Position numbers and translations under genes: made by a program. This document shows positions 17,633-28,236 of a DNA stretch of 64,000 nucleotides, one piece after another. Source of the stretch: Nitrospirota bacterium (GTDB lineage: Bacteria; Nitrospirota; UBA9217). Below the pieces are notes generated by a model. That model was given only the letters and a program-made list of their open reading frames with translations. It was not told the origin of the DNA and did no database searches. How positions within the stretch are numbered: position 1 is the first letter of the stretch; the number at the start of each line of letters is the position of its first letter. The stretch spans positions 1-64,000 of the forward strand of contig CAVUCU010000007.1 of NCBI GenBank assembly GCA_963740085.1, in the 5' to 3' direction.

Positions 17633-19505
17633 TTACCAGGTCTTCGTTCCGTGGCAACTGGGTGAGCAGGAGCCCGTGGTCGCGTTATAGTTCAAGGAAG
17701 CCACGGTGTTTACCGTGCCGTTCATGTGCGTCGCAGCAGTCACGGCTGTCGGGCTGTAGCCCGCGCCGTGGCACGTGCTGCATGTTGCGCGCGACGGGTA
17801 GTGGTACGTGTGATGGCCCGTCGACGGCGGGATTGCGTGGCAGGAACCGCATACCGGCGTCGGTGGCACATACGTGCAGGACTGTGACAGAACAGGTGTT
17901 CCTCCGGTGCAGCCTGTCGGAGATGACGTTGCTACGGTCCGGGTCTGTACGCCGTTCGTGCAAGTTCCCCAGCCGGAGTACGTGAACGAGGAGCAGGTCG
18001 TGACCGGCAGTACGTGTGCAGGACTGTGACAGAACAGGTGTTCCTCCGGTGCAGCCTGTGGGTGATGACGTTGCTACAGTCCGGGTCTGACTCCGTTAGC
18101 TGCAAGTTCCCCAGCCGGAGTACGTGAACGATGAGCAGGTCGTGACCGCAGGCGTGCAGGACTGTGACAGAACAGGTGTTCCTCCGGTGCATCCTGTCGG
18201 AGATGACGTTGCTACGGTCCGGGTCTGCACTCCGTTCGTGCAAGTTCCCCAGCCGGAGTACGTGAACGAGGAGCAGGTCGATGGTGCTGCTGAAAGGCCT
18301 GCCAGGAAATTCCCATAATCCTGTAAAGTCGTACCCGGCGCCAGTGTGGCCCCCATCCCGGTGATCGCCGACACCCAGGCAGACGCGGATCTACCGCTCA
18401 CGGTGTATCCGCCGGTCGCTAACACGATGCCGTTCACCGTGAGACCGTGGCACCGTGTGCATGACGTTGTTACCTGGGCCAGCGTAAGCGCTGAAGACGA
18501 CGTGCAGGACTGTGACAGGGCAGGTGTTCCTCCGGTGCAACCGGCGGGTAACGATGACAGCACCGTCCGGGTCTGCGTGCCGTTAGAGCAAGTTCCCCAG
18601 CCGGAGTACGTGAACGAAGAGCAGGCCGAAGTCGGCGGCCCATCTGTGCAAGACTGCGTCAGGACCGGCGTACCTGTGCAGCCCGCGGGAGACGATGTCA
18701 GCATCGTCCTGGTCTGCGTTCCGTCTGATTGGCATGTACCCCAATTAGAGTAGGTGTAGGAACAGGTGTTCGTTCCTCCCGGCCCGGCAGGCATATTTTC
18801 CGGGTAGAAGGTTCCTGAGTCGATATTATTTAAAGGACCCGAAAAGATCACGCCGCCGGTCTGCTTGTTCGTAACGATCACGGTTCCCGAGGCGACCACG
18901 ATCAGTACATCGCGGAACATTCCGCGCAGACCGCTGTTATCGTCGTCTTCACTGCCGTCATCGTCGGTGACCGGGTTCCCTGAGATCCGGTACCGCTCAA
19001 ACAGAGGCGCCAGCACGAATCTCAAGCTGTCGATAACTTGCTCAAAATTGTCCGCAGTTCTATGGTACATATCCCTATCAGGCCTCATAAAGAGATCATC
19101 CGGATCGGTGCCGTTCACTGCCGCTGCGACTGCCGCACCCGATATCGGATTAATATTGGTCCTTCCGCCCCTCTTCGATACAGAATACATCTTGATATTT
19201 CCCGAATTGTCAGATATTTCAGCCTTAAGAATGTAAGGCGGCATGAACCCGCTTACGTCCACCGTATAGGATCCGTTGCTGCTGATTGAGGCCGTCTTTT
19301 CCCGTGCCGGTACAGAAGAATCCATTGCGGAGACAGTGCTGGGTGTCGTCGTGCCGAGCGATGCGACACCGTACACCACGGACGGTGATTGTGATTGATT
19401 AAACGCGGCCGGTGAATCCGACGATCCGGATGAACCGCAGCCGGTCAGCGCAAGACCAATTGTAACTAAGCATATTAAGAGTATCGTCGCGGCGGTTTTT
19501 TTCAT
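17633..19505 (-). CDS. Lipoprotein with 5 thrombospondin-type-1-like repeats and c-type heme motifs; frameshifted in the repeats
   Basis: Lipobox LTGC; CSSFTYSGWGTC..QTRTV..GC.GG.P.L.QSC repeats; CTRCH, CGSCH, CSTCH, terminal CSPSCH. Confidence 0.8.
17872..18770 (-). repeat. Intragenic ~125-140 bp repeats encoding TSP1-like units
   Basis: Near-identical copies of caagttccccagccggagtacgtgaacga and gtgcaggactgtgacag. Confidence 0.9.
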
Positions 19506-19679
19506 GATTCGATCTCCTTGAGATAAAGTAATTGTTTGTACCCTCGGGTTGCAAGGTGAGTTGTTGTTTTGATACCCGTCCTTCTCTGTCATAAAACGTT
19601 CAAATAAGAAGCGGCGTTATGGCTCAACACTGCCGCTTCGCCTCCTTTCCTGTTCAGGTTTGTGGAAATTATTGAAATA

Positions 19680-19728
19680 CAAAAAGCCGGGGGCCTCAAT
19701 ATCGACTGGATATTTCGGCAACCCGGCT
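19680..19728 (-). terminator. Riboswitch expression-platform terminator
   Basis: AGCCGGG (aptamer 3' strand) pairs with CCCGGCT followed by a T-tract. Confidence 0.75.
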
Positions 19729-19788
19729 GTCTCTTGGAGATCCTGAAGGTTTTCCGCCCCACCCTCGCGGGTGGTTTAGTATTGTCGT
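19709..19788 (-). ncRNA. Class I cyclic-dinucleotide (GEMM-I) riboswitch, GEMM-Ib cyclic AMP-GMP type
   Basis: ACGACAATACTAAACCACCC-GCGA-GGGTGGGGCGGAAAACCTTCAGGATCTC-CAA-GAGACAGCCGGGTTGCCGAAAT. Confidence 0.9.
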
Positions 19789-19924
19789 CTACCCTGCTTC
19801 TGTGTAGTAATAAATACTCGCGTCAAGAAGACCTGCCGAAACATTTCATTCACCATAATCCGGCAGCCAGGAATGCATTATTAAGGTCGGTTACGTATTT
19901 CCATGCATTACTGAAGTACTATAT

Positions 19925-19940
19925 AGCAATCGATATGCCA
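19925..19940 (-). promoter_or_regulatory. sigma54 (-24/-12) promoter
   Basis: TGGCATATCGATTGCT (GG-N10-GC) upstream of the riboswitch. Confidence 0.75.
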
Positions 19941-20397
19941 CCACGCTCATTTTTCTATTTTTATCTCAATCATATTGATTTATTAGGTTGTTTTATATTT
20001 AAAAAAGATGCTCTTTTCAAATATCCGAGACTGCGTTGTATGGTTTTCCCTCCAGGCGATGGTAAAATCCCCATCTGCCCGCACAGCAAAATATTGCGTT
20101 CAGGCGATTCCGTGATTCACGATGAGTATACGCGCACAGTGAATACTTTTGGATCCACGGTATGCGGTCAAAACCCTGGCGTTTAGTTCTCCCCGGAGCG
20201 TCTTCCGTCTTATGAGGCGAGTGCGAAAAATAAGATGAAAAAACGTAACATACGATAGAGCAGGGGCAGGGAGTCTCTGACATCGTACTTTTCAAGGGCT
20301 CGTCTTGACTATTCTTGAGTTGTAGCTTATACTTAATTTCGTTGAAGCGTGGGTTGGTAGACTATTTTGGCAACTTATACGTGAAGGGGGAAGATGA

Positions 20398-20580
20398 ATG
20401 ATTAAGAAAGACGACATGCCTATTTGTGAAGCAGCAAATTATTTTAAAGAAGAGATCCTTGAAATTATGCCGGATGTTCCTAAAGTCCAACTCGCGGACA
20501 TGGTGTCACTATATATATATTATAATTATGGCATTACCAAAGAAGAAGCGAAGAAAGTTATTGAAAAAACCTGTTTATGA
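20398..20580 (+). CDS. Small hypothetical protein
   Basis: 60-aa ORF with purine-rich RBS. Confidence 0.55.
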   Translation: MIKKDDMPICEAANYFKEEILEIMPDVPKVQLADMVSLYIYYNYGITKEEAKKVIEKTCL

Positions 20581-20820
20581 GAGCTCAGACTCGTTATCCA
20601 TGATGCTCTCTCTCAAGGGATCCATATTTATTGAACAGTGGGTTCCGTTCTCTCTGGCCCTTCCGTTCTCAGTCGAGGAAGAGGTTCTCCCCGCATTGTT
20701 CCCAGAGCGGTGATGCGATAAATTAAAAGCGCAGGCCATTTGGGTTCTCATTCTCTCACGTCACAGAAAAAAACCCCCGCGGAACAATCCACGGGGGTTT
20801 AAACTTTTTATAATGACATT

Positions 20821-21144
20821 TTACTTTCTGTGACACTTGCCGCAGGCCGCTTGATCCTTTACGCTAAAAGCCTTGGTGCCGTTATGGCATGCGCCGCAGG
20901 CCTTGCCAGCCCCCATGTCCTTCATGGTAAAGACGTCAGCGCCCTTCTTCATCTTGAAGAGACCGGATTGATGGCAATCAGCGCACTTGAACCCTTTGTC
21001 GGCATGGACCTTGCCATCAAAGACAACCTTGTTTGCGCCTTTCGGGGTGAACTCAACGGTCTTGCCGGCCGGTACCGCGAATGCGGGAATCGACATGGCG
21101 AGCATGAGAACCACTCCAAGGGTCAATACGAATAATTTCTTCAT
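20821..21144 (-). CDS. Periplasmic c(7)-type triheme cytochrome c (copy 1)
   Basis: Signal peptide; CADCH, CGACH, CGKCH. Confidence 0.9.
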   Translation of the reverse strand: MKKLFVLTLGVVLMLAMSIPAFAVPAGKTVEFTPKGANKVVFDGKVHADKGFKCADCHQSGLFKMKKGADVFTMKDMGAGKACGACHNGTKAFSVKDQAACGKCHRK

Positions 21145-21209
21145 TCAGATTTCACCTCCTTCCGCGTTAAGGATATAACGAGCAAAATTAGATATTGGTG
21201 GCCACACCA

Positions 21210-21944
21210 TTAAAAATTAAACATCCCGCTGAAGATGAGTCCGGAGAAGGAGTCCTGGACATCTGAACTATTACCCGTGTTTGTTTCGTACCTATATCCG
21301 ATCCTACCGTTGAATTCTCTGGTAAAGTCGAATTTGAATCCTAGTTCGATTGCCCAGCCGGGACTGTCTTCTCGGAATCCCTGCACTGCTTCGCCACTGA
21401 ATGCATCTACTCCGCTACTTTGCTTGAATCTGGAAAAGAGATAGTCCAGCCTACCGTAAAACGCGGAGTTGTAGTACATCGGGGCGATTCCGATCATCCC
21501 GATGAGAGGTCCATACACCGTATTTTCGATCCCTGTTTCCTTTGTTTTAAACCACGAGTTTTTATATCCGGCCAAAACACCGAACTCGGGCACGATCATG
21601 TAACCAATTGCGATGTCTGCATCCTGCCGTTCGTCATTGAAGATAGTGTTAAAGTTGTCTGAGAAGGTATAATCGGACACGGTAAAAAGGTATGAAGCGT
21701 CCACAAAAAAATGATTAGGGAACTTCACTTCGATCGCCGGACCCAAGAGAACAGTAGCGTCCGACGTAATACTTCCCCCCGGCTGTAATTGCCCCCCCAC
21801 TATCCGCGTCGGCACGTCGTGTGTCCACTCATTTACCCACATCTTGACTCCTGCTTCTACCCCTTTGCCCGCTTCGGCATGCGCTGCTCCACAGCCCATG
21901 ATCAGCAATATCGCGGCCGCGGCTCCCATGAGAATGCGCTTCAT
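21210..21944 (-). CDS. Outer-membrane beta-barrel protein
   Basis: Signal peptide, alternating beta-strand pattern, C-terminal F. Confidence 0.75.
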   Translation of the reverse strand: MKRILMGAAAAILLIMGCGAAHAEAGKGVEAGVKMWVNEWTHDVPTRIVGGQLQPGGSITSDATVLLGPAIEVKFPNHFFVDASYLFTVSDYTFSDNFNTIFNDERQDADIAIGYMIVPEFGVLAGYKNSWFKTKETGIENTVYGPLIGMIGIAPMYYNSAFYGRLDYLFSRFKQSSGVDAFSGEAVQGFREDSPGWAIELGFKFDFTREFNGRIGYRYETNTGNSSDVQDSFSGLIFSGMFNF

Positions 21945-22091
21945 ATCTCACCCTCCCTGATTACTAGAGAATCAAATCTTCTCCGAACGGCTAGAACAAA
22001 TCAGCTTCTTTGATACCGCTTTTGACCGGGCTTTTCCTGGTTCCGGTTCATCCGGGTCAGGACATCGATCATTCCCCTTAGTGAGTAACGT

Positions 22092-22565
22092 CTATCTTCT
22101 CCCTACGCGGTTCTCATATGCCCGATGAAACTCATCCGCGATGAATGTGTCCTGCGAAGGGCCGCGAAGGCTCACCTCGAGCCTGATCCTCTCCTCAGGC
22201 TGTCTTTTGACGCGGATCGTGACGCGCGTTCGATCTGCCTGGCCCTCGATCGTACCAGAGGCTTCGTCAGCCGATGTTATTCGAATACCGACATCTTCAG
22301 CCGCTCTTTGAGCGTTCTCCCATGCAATCTTGTAAGAACTTACGCGATAGACAGCCGGAGCGGGGACCGGCGCATACGCAATGCACGAATGGAGTAAAAA
22401 GAGAGCGAACAATACCAGGACGTAACGTCCAAGCACGTCATACTGCCGACCGAGCCGGCACAGAAAGGGGGTTGTCGGATGTTGTGTGGAGGCGTTAGCA
22501 ATCATAAGAATACTTTTCCTCATCCTGAACCTTTGAAGATGAATATAATAGAATAGGATTTTCAA
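22092..22565 (-). CDS. Hypothetical (lipo)protein; start uncertain
   Basis: Hydrophobic segment followed by LHSC. Confidence 0.5.
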   Translation of the reverse strand: MKILFYYIHLQRFRMRKSILMIANASTQHPTTPFLCRLGRQYDVLGRYVLVLFALFLLHSCIAYAPVPAPAVYRVSSYKIAWENAQRAAEDVGIRITSADEASGTIEGQADRTRVTIRVKRQPEERIRLEVSLRGPSQDTFIADEFHRAYENRVGRR

Positions 22566-22691
22566 GTAACGTTACTCAATATACTATGCACCTCTTCCGA
22601 AAACCAGCTCCCCCCTGTTTAGGGCATGGTGAGGCGAGCTTATGACCTTCGGAATGATAATTTTATCTGACATTCATCTGTCAGCCCCTGC

Positions 22692-23696
22692 TCATCGTGT
22701 ATTCACAACGGCTCTCGCCAGGGCGTCGGGCGTCCATTCCGACTTTTTCCATGTCTTGTCAGGGTCGTACTTCGCCAGCGCCGTTGCAATCTCTTCTGTC
22801 TTTGGCCCCAGGTCCTTCTCATACACAATACCCTGTTGGTTCACGATCAAGGTCATGATCCCCGAGACCCCATAATCAGCGGGATATGCAACCAGGCCGA
22901 AACCACCAGCCATCCTGCCATTGGTCACGTAGTCGAGCTCTCCGCCAGGGGCATTGCTGCCCTGACTTTTCAGGATCCTGAAATAATATCCCTGGTATGG
23001 CGAGGGCTTCTCACCTTTTTTTCTGATGGTGTAACCCTCCTCTGTTGCACGGGCAAACAGCGGCCCCAGGGGACTCGTCTCTTCGCCCGGCGCAGCCTCC
23101 CAGTATAAGCCATCCTTCTTGCCCGTACTGCTCACAAATTTTTCGGCGTAATGTAATACACCCCCGTTATCGCGGTCCTTGCTCGCATATTCATTTTGTC
23201 CGGCCACATATGCCAGGGCAACCTGGATGGCCCTTAATTCGTTCCTTCCTATCCTCCGGTTTATGATCTCTTCCTTTCCATCTTCGGTAAAAAAAGTCCA
23301 TCCGCGTGATGACTTCACCAGGGGAACGGGAAATGACCACTCGTCTTTCCCGATAACGGCAAGTACTTTCGAATCATCTATCTTTGAAAACTTGACCCCA
23401 TCCGTGGCGGACTTAACGAATCGTTCACGCGCCTCCTTGTCGGCTACTTCATCACCTGAGGAGATGATATCCTTTCCCGAAGGTCCGAAGATGGCCAATA
23501 ATTCCTTCGTGTCATTTTTCCTTGTAGCATCGAGGAGCGCGTTGAATGCAGCCTCCGGAGATTTAAACTTTTTAGGCCCCGTATTCTGCGCAAACGCAAG
23601 AAAACTGAAGACAAGCACGCCAATAACGGCGGTAAAGGCCGCCAGGCCAAGACGGAAAAAAAATTGACCTGTTGATTTTGTTGCGTCTTTATCCAT
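22692..23696 (-). CDS. DUF2950-family protein
   Basis: EEIINRRIGRNE, DGLYW, PYQGYYFRIL, YPADYGVSGIMT. Confidence 0.88.
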   Translation of the reverse strand: MDKDATKSTGQFFFRLGLAAFTAVIGVLVFSFLAFAQNTGPKKFKSPEAAFNALLDATRKNDTKELLAIFGPSGKDIISSGDEVADKEARERFVKSATDGVKFSKIDDSKVLAVIGKDEWSFPVPLVKSSRGWTFFTEDGKEEIINRRIGRNELRAIQVALAYVAGQNEYASKDRDNGGVLHYAEKFVSSTGKKDGLYWEAAPGEETSPLGPLFARATEEGYTIRKKGEKPSPYQGYYFRILKSQGSNAPGGELDYVTNGRMAGGFGLVAYPADYGVSGIMTLIVNQQGIVYEKDLGPKTEEIATALAKYDPDKTWKKSEWTPDALARAVVNTR

Positions 23697-23792
23697 TGCT
23701 CCTGCCTCCCCTCCCTTGATGATCTGATGACGATCTCAATTCATTCTATGATAGGACGACGAGGTCCCACTCTGGCATTGACGACGTTTTCC

Positions 23793-24875
23793 CTAACGAC
23801 GCCCTGCACCATGGAATCCTCCTCTACTATTACCACCGAAACCACCTCTGACTCCCTGACGGGGAACACTGCGGGAAACTCCTCCTCGAATGCCACCACG
23901 ACTTCCCTCAAAGACGCGGCCTGCATTGGACCTGCTTTGGAATCCGCGGTCGCTTGCGGCCCGTTCAAACCGGCTGTTCCGCGAATGCTCAAATGCGCTT
24001 GAACGAATTCCGGCCGAAGGCCTTGATCCATATCCTCGAAAAACCCTGCTCGTCCCCATCGATGAAGGTCTCTGGCTGCTATTGAGAATTGCCTGTGCCC
24101 CCCTCCGCGCCGAGGGACTGGTCAATCCTGCGCCGCTTCCGGCGGGGAAGGTCCCACCGCGGGCCCTGTTGGCGGGATCGATCCTGGTAAACCCGCCTGT
24201 TCTCGTGTCGCGGAAATGGTTGCTGATAAATCCCCCATGTCCTCCGTGACCGTGACCATGCACCCTAACGTTAAAGTCCGCCAGGATAAAGTACCCGGGG
24301 TACCAGAAATTCCACCCCCAGAAGGGGTAAGGGACCCATGTATACATGTAGGCATAATCGGGTGGAGGAGAATAGTAGGTGATCACGGGCGGCCCCTCGT
24401 CGTAGTAATAATTATTAATGACGGGAGATTCAGGATAATTTGTTGCCGGTGCAACACTACCCTGCTGGACTATTGCATTGGTTTCTATCGGCAAATTATA
24501 CTCCGAAGTCACATCCTGCGCCGCTTTCATCGCCGCATCTTTCCCCATCGCCAACTTGCCCGCACTCGCTGCGGCGGCGATTGACGTCTGCAATTCTCCA
24601 AGAATATCCGGTGTAACCGGGTAATCGGCAATCCAACCGTTCTTGGGTTCAATCCCCGCAGCACCCAATACACTCTCGGCTTCAGTTTCACTGGTTACCG
24701 TACCAAGTTTAAGCGCATCCGCCAATTTAACGGCAAAATCACCTTCGCGCACAAGAGGCTGAGCTACCGGCGGCGTTTCAGCAGTCGAATTCCCTGATTG
24801 TGCGAATGCCAAACCGGACATCAGGAGCAGACCGCTTACAATGAATATACAGAACTTATAAAGTAACCTTGTCAT
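23793..24875 (-). CDS. Secreted protein with Pro/Tyr/Trp segment and Gly/Arg-rich tail
   Basis: Signal peptide; YYSPPPDYAYMYTWVPYPFW; RGG-rich C-terminus. Confidence 0.7.
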   Translation of the reverse strand: MTRLLYKFCIFIVSGLLLMSGLAFAQSGNSTAETPPVAQPLVREGDFAVKLADALKLGTVTSETEAESVLGAAGIEPKNGWIADYPVTPDILGELQTSIAAAASAGKLAMGKDAAMKAAQDVTSEYNLPIETNAIVQQGSVAPATNYPESPVINNYYYDEGPPVITYYSPPPDYAYMYTWVPYPFWGWNFWYPGYFILADFNVRVHGHGHGGHGGFISNHFRDTRTGGFTRIDPANRARGGTFPAGSGAGLTSPSARRGAQAILNSSQRPSSMGTSRVFRGYGSRPSAGIRSSAFEHSRNSRFERAASDRGFQSRSNAGRVFEGSRGGIRGGVSRSVPRQGVRGGFGGNSRGGFHGAGRR

Positions 24876-25303
24876 TGTGAACTCCTTTCTCGCACTGATG
24901 TCTTTATTGTATTTTACTACTTTGACCACGGATTTTCTTTATTGTTAAAAGAAATAAAAAAAAAGTTTTGCAATAATATTTGTGTGGTATTTGCGGAACA
25001 CCAAGACTGATCTATCAGGAGCGGAGAGGCCGTTAGGGTTTCCAATTCCGGCGGGATTAGAACAGGCCGCATCTTTCAGCGGGTAGTTGCTAAAGTCTTC
25101 TTGCCGCGGCGCGTTTTTCAACAGTTTATTCAATAAAGACAAGAAGGTAGCCTGGTTCAAAAATAACAAAAGCAGTAACAACGGAGGTTCTGGACAGATG
25201 TTGCTGCAATGCGACTAATTTCGATCTTCGTTCTCTCCTGTAGCGAAAATAAAAAAACCCTCACAGATAAATCCGTGAGGGTTTGTACGACTATAAAGAC
25301 ATC

Positions 25304-25627
25304 TTATTTCTTGTGACACTTGGCGCAGTTCGCTTTATCCTTTGCGTCAAAAGCCTTGGTGCCGTTGTGGCATGCGCCGCAGTTCTTGCCTGCATCCATG
25401 TCCTTCATGGTGATGACATCTCCGCCCTTCTTCATCTTGAAAAGACCGGACTGATGGCAATCAGCACACTTGAGCCCTTTGTCGGCATGCATCTTACCGT
25501 CAAAGATAACCTTTCCAGCTCCTTTGGCGTCGAATTCAACGGTCTTGCCGGACGGTACTGCAAAAGCGACAACCGCCATCGCGAGCGATACGATCACTAC
25601 GAGGGCCAATACGAGTAATTTCTTCAT
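25304..25627 (-). CDS. Periplasmic c(7)-type triheme cytochrome c (copy 2)
   Basis: CADCH, CGACH, CAKCH; close paralogue of 20821-21144. Confidence 0.9.
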   Translation of the reverse strand: MKKLLVLALVVIVSLAMAVVAFAVPSGKTVEFDAKGAGKVIFDGKMHADKGLKCADCHQSGLFKMKKGGDVITMKDMDAGKNCGACHNGTKAFDAKDKANCAKCHKK

Positions 25628-25716
25628 TCAGTTTCACCTCCTTTCATATGAGAATTGAAATACAACAAATGGGGTATCCCCGGACTTACGTCTGTTTCTG
25701 TCCTCTCCGAATGGCC

Positions 25717-26736
25717 TTATTCGTAGAACGCCTTCGGACTCCGATACTCGTGACAGGCAACACAGTCCTTCCGCGCCGAGTCCTCGGTCACGATCCACAC
25801 ATGCTGTTTGTGGCAGTCCTGGCACTTCATATCCATCGCGAGGTGGACCCTGTGTTTTCCGATCTTCGGTACGCCGGAATGGCAGCGCAGGCAATCCTCG
25901 TTATGGGGTCTTACCTTGCCCGCCTCATGCGGCTTGTGGCACTCATAGCAATAGAACTGCATCGGCGACTTATTGTTAAAGACGATCTTCTTGGCCTTCC
26001 TGATCGTGGCGGCATCGGGCGCAAAGAACCGCACGTCAAGGGTGGCATCTTCCTTCAGTCGCTTCCTGATGCTTTCATCGTTGCTGTGACAGTAGAGACA
26101 TTTAAGACGCCCGGGCTTGAGGTCCTTGGTCCGGTCGGTATGACAGTTGAGGCAGGCAAGCCCGCCCATGCCCTCGCCATGCACCTGCCGGTCAGGATGA
26201 CATTTTGTGCAGAACTTTTCCGTGGGCAGGAAGCGGTGGAGACCGCTCTTGTCGGGTTTTATATCGCCGTGGCACTGCGTGCATTCTATCTGCTCCATAT
26301 ATACATGCCTGGCATGGAACATGGACGTGTTGATCCTCTCGGCGTTGCCCTCGGTGTGGCACTGGTTGCAGTATTTCTGGCTCACGATGACGTGCTCTTT
26401 GTGACGCTTGGGCACCACGGTCGGACGCTTCAAAATGAAGCTGATCAGCAGCCCGTTCAGTTCCTTGACCGAGAGGTGATGGCATGCATGACAGTTGAGC
26501 TGCTTGTGTTCACTCTGCGCCCAGGTATCGAATGCCGGCTGCATGAGGTGACACCCAACACAGAACTTGGGATTGTTCTGGGTAAAATCATAAAATCTAT
26601 AAGCAACGTAACCGCCGCCCGAGACAATGATCAGGATCAGTGTAACAATAAGCAGCTTTGCCTTCAGGGAGATAGGCTCTTTGAGCCGCTCCGTGATCTG
26701 TGAGACCTTTTCCCTTATCCAACCGGTAATCTTCAT
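25717..26736 (-). CDS. Membrane-anchored multiheme cytochrome c (NapC/NirT-like N-terminus, 11 CxxCH)
   Basis: TM helix then FCVGCHLM; 11 CxxCH motifs counted. Confidence 0.88.
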   Translation of the reverse strand: MKITGWIREKVSQITERLKEPISLKAKLLIVTLILIIVSGGGYVAYRFYDFTQNNPKFCVGCHLMQPAFDTWAQSEHKQLNCHACHHLSVKELNGLLISFILKRPTVVPKRHKEHVIVSQKYCNQCHTEGNAERINTSMFHARHVYMEQIECTQCHGDIKPDKSGLHRFLPTEKFCTKCHPDRQVHGEGMGGLACLNCHTDRTKDLKPGRLKCLYCHSNDESIRKRLKEDATLDVRFFAPDAATIRKAKKIVFNNKSPMQFYCYECHKPHEAGKVRPHNEDCLRCHSGVPKIGKHRVHLAMDMKCQDCHKQHVWIVTEDSARKDCVACHEYRSPKAFYE

Positions 26737-26976
26737 AAATTTCCCCAAAAAAAATTAGAACAAGATCATTTACCACTAAGCCCAGATTTATATCATGGGC
26801 AAGCGCGTATGTCAATACCTATGTTGACCTTTACCGCCATTGCCCTCCGCGAAACAAATTTCTTTAGGACAGCCTAATAAAACAATATCTCCGGCAAGAC
26901 CGCCGCACACTATCAGCGGTATGAACGTGCTGTGCTTGTCCGATACTGCCGATGCACTACATCGACAAATAATCCC

Positions 26977-28234
26977 TTACAGTTCATGCGGGCTCTCCGC
27001 GAAGACCGGAAATATCTTGTCGATCACCCAGAACAGCGCGAAGGGCATGATGAAGATACCGAGCGCTCCCACTAAGCCTTCCTTCAGGGTTTCCAGATCA
27101 TGGGGTATGATCGGCAGACGATAGAGCATGAAACCGGCATACGTCTGCGAAAACGATTGCCCGCCGATAACGACGTTCCATCGCATCATGAACACGCCCA
27201 TGAGCACGAGCAGAACAGCGATGACCGTCCTGCGCAGGGTCAGCCCCGGAATCAGGAGAAGAATGAGCGGGACAAGGTTCCCCAGGCCATACTGAAGAAT
27301 GAAAATATCCGTGAAGTCCCTTTCGTAGATGACGCTTCTGAGAACGTCCCATGACTTCATAGCGGTATATCCCCGGAAGATGAGGTCCAGCATCTCGAGG
27401 CTGATGGCGGTCACCAGAAACACCAGCAGGTATTTTGCGGTCATCTGGATAACACTGATCTCAGCGCTCTTGATCGCCTCCCTGGTCTGGTATCTGCCAT
27501 GAACGACCTTCCTGCGCGAAGCCAGAAATTTTCGTATCTCCATGGTCACGACGTAGGTCAGCATACAGAGGGCGATGCCCGACACGATGGCCGAAATGAT
27601 AAAGATGACCGGCATGAGAGGCGTCATCCAGAGGGCGTTTGCCTTGACGGAGCCGAAGATGAACCCCGCGTAGCCGTGGAGAAAACAGGCGACGGGGATG
27701 CCGAGACCCGCGAGAAACTTGATGGCCTTCTCGTCTCGATGCAACGCCTGTTCGCTGACATCGGTGACGCCCAACGTCAGGAGTGAGAAAATGAGAAACT
27801 TGGATCCTCTCGGTGAGCGTCTTATCCTGCTTTCCCCTCAGTGTCAGGTAGACCCCTACCAGGTGTTTCCGGTAGAGGAACCAGAGTTCAGATGCCACTA
27901 TGGCGCTGTAGGTAAAGAACACGATCCCGAAGGCCGCGATGGCCGAGGTGAAGTGAGGGGTAAAAAATACGTAGAGACCTCTCTGGGGCTGGAGGAGATG
28001 AAGAAGAAGCGGCATAGGAGCTGCAAAGAGCAGGGCAAAAGAGAACACGAGGGCGAATTGCGCCATATCCTTGAGCTTCTGGATGCCGAAGACATGGTAG
28101 AGTGACGACAGCACGAATGCACCCGCCACCAGACCCGTCATAAAGGGATACATCACGATCTGGATGCTCCAGTAAATATACTCGTTCGGCGCAACAAATA
28201 GCTCCTTAACGGTCCAAATCTCTCCATGTACCAT
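26977..28234 (-). CDS. NrfD/polysulfide-reductase-type membrane subunit, frameshifted near 27800
   Basis: IVMYPFMTGLVAGAF, LHGYAGFIFG, MRWNVVIGGQ across two ORFs. Confidence 0.85.
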
Positions 28235-28236
28235 GG

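Noticed and set aside
17872-18770. CRISPR array
   Set aside because: Repeats are over 120 bp, coding, lack unique spacers, and no cas genes are present.
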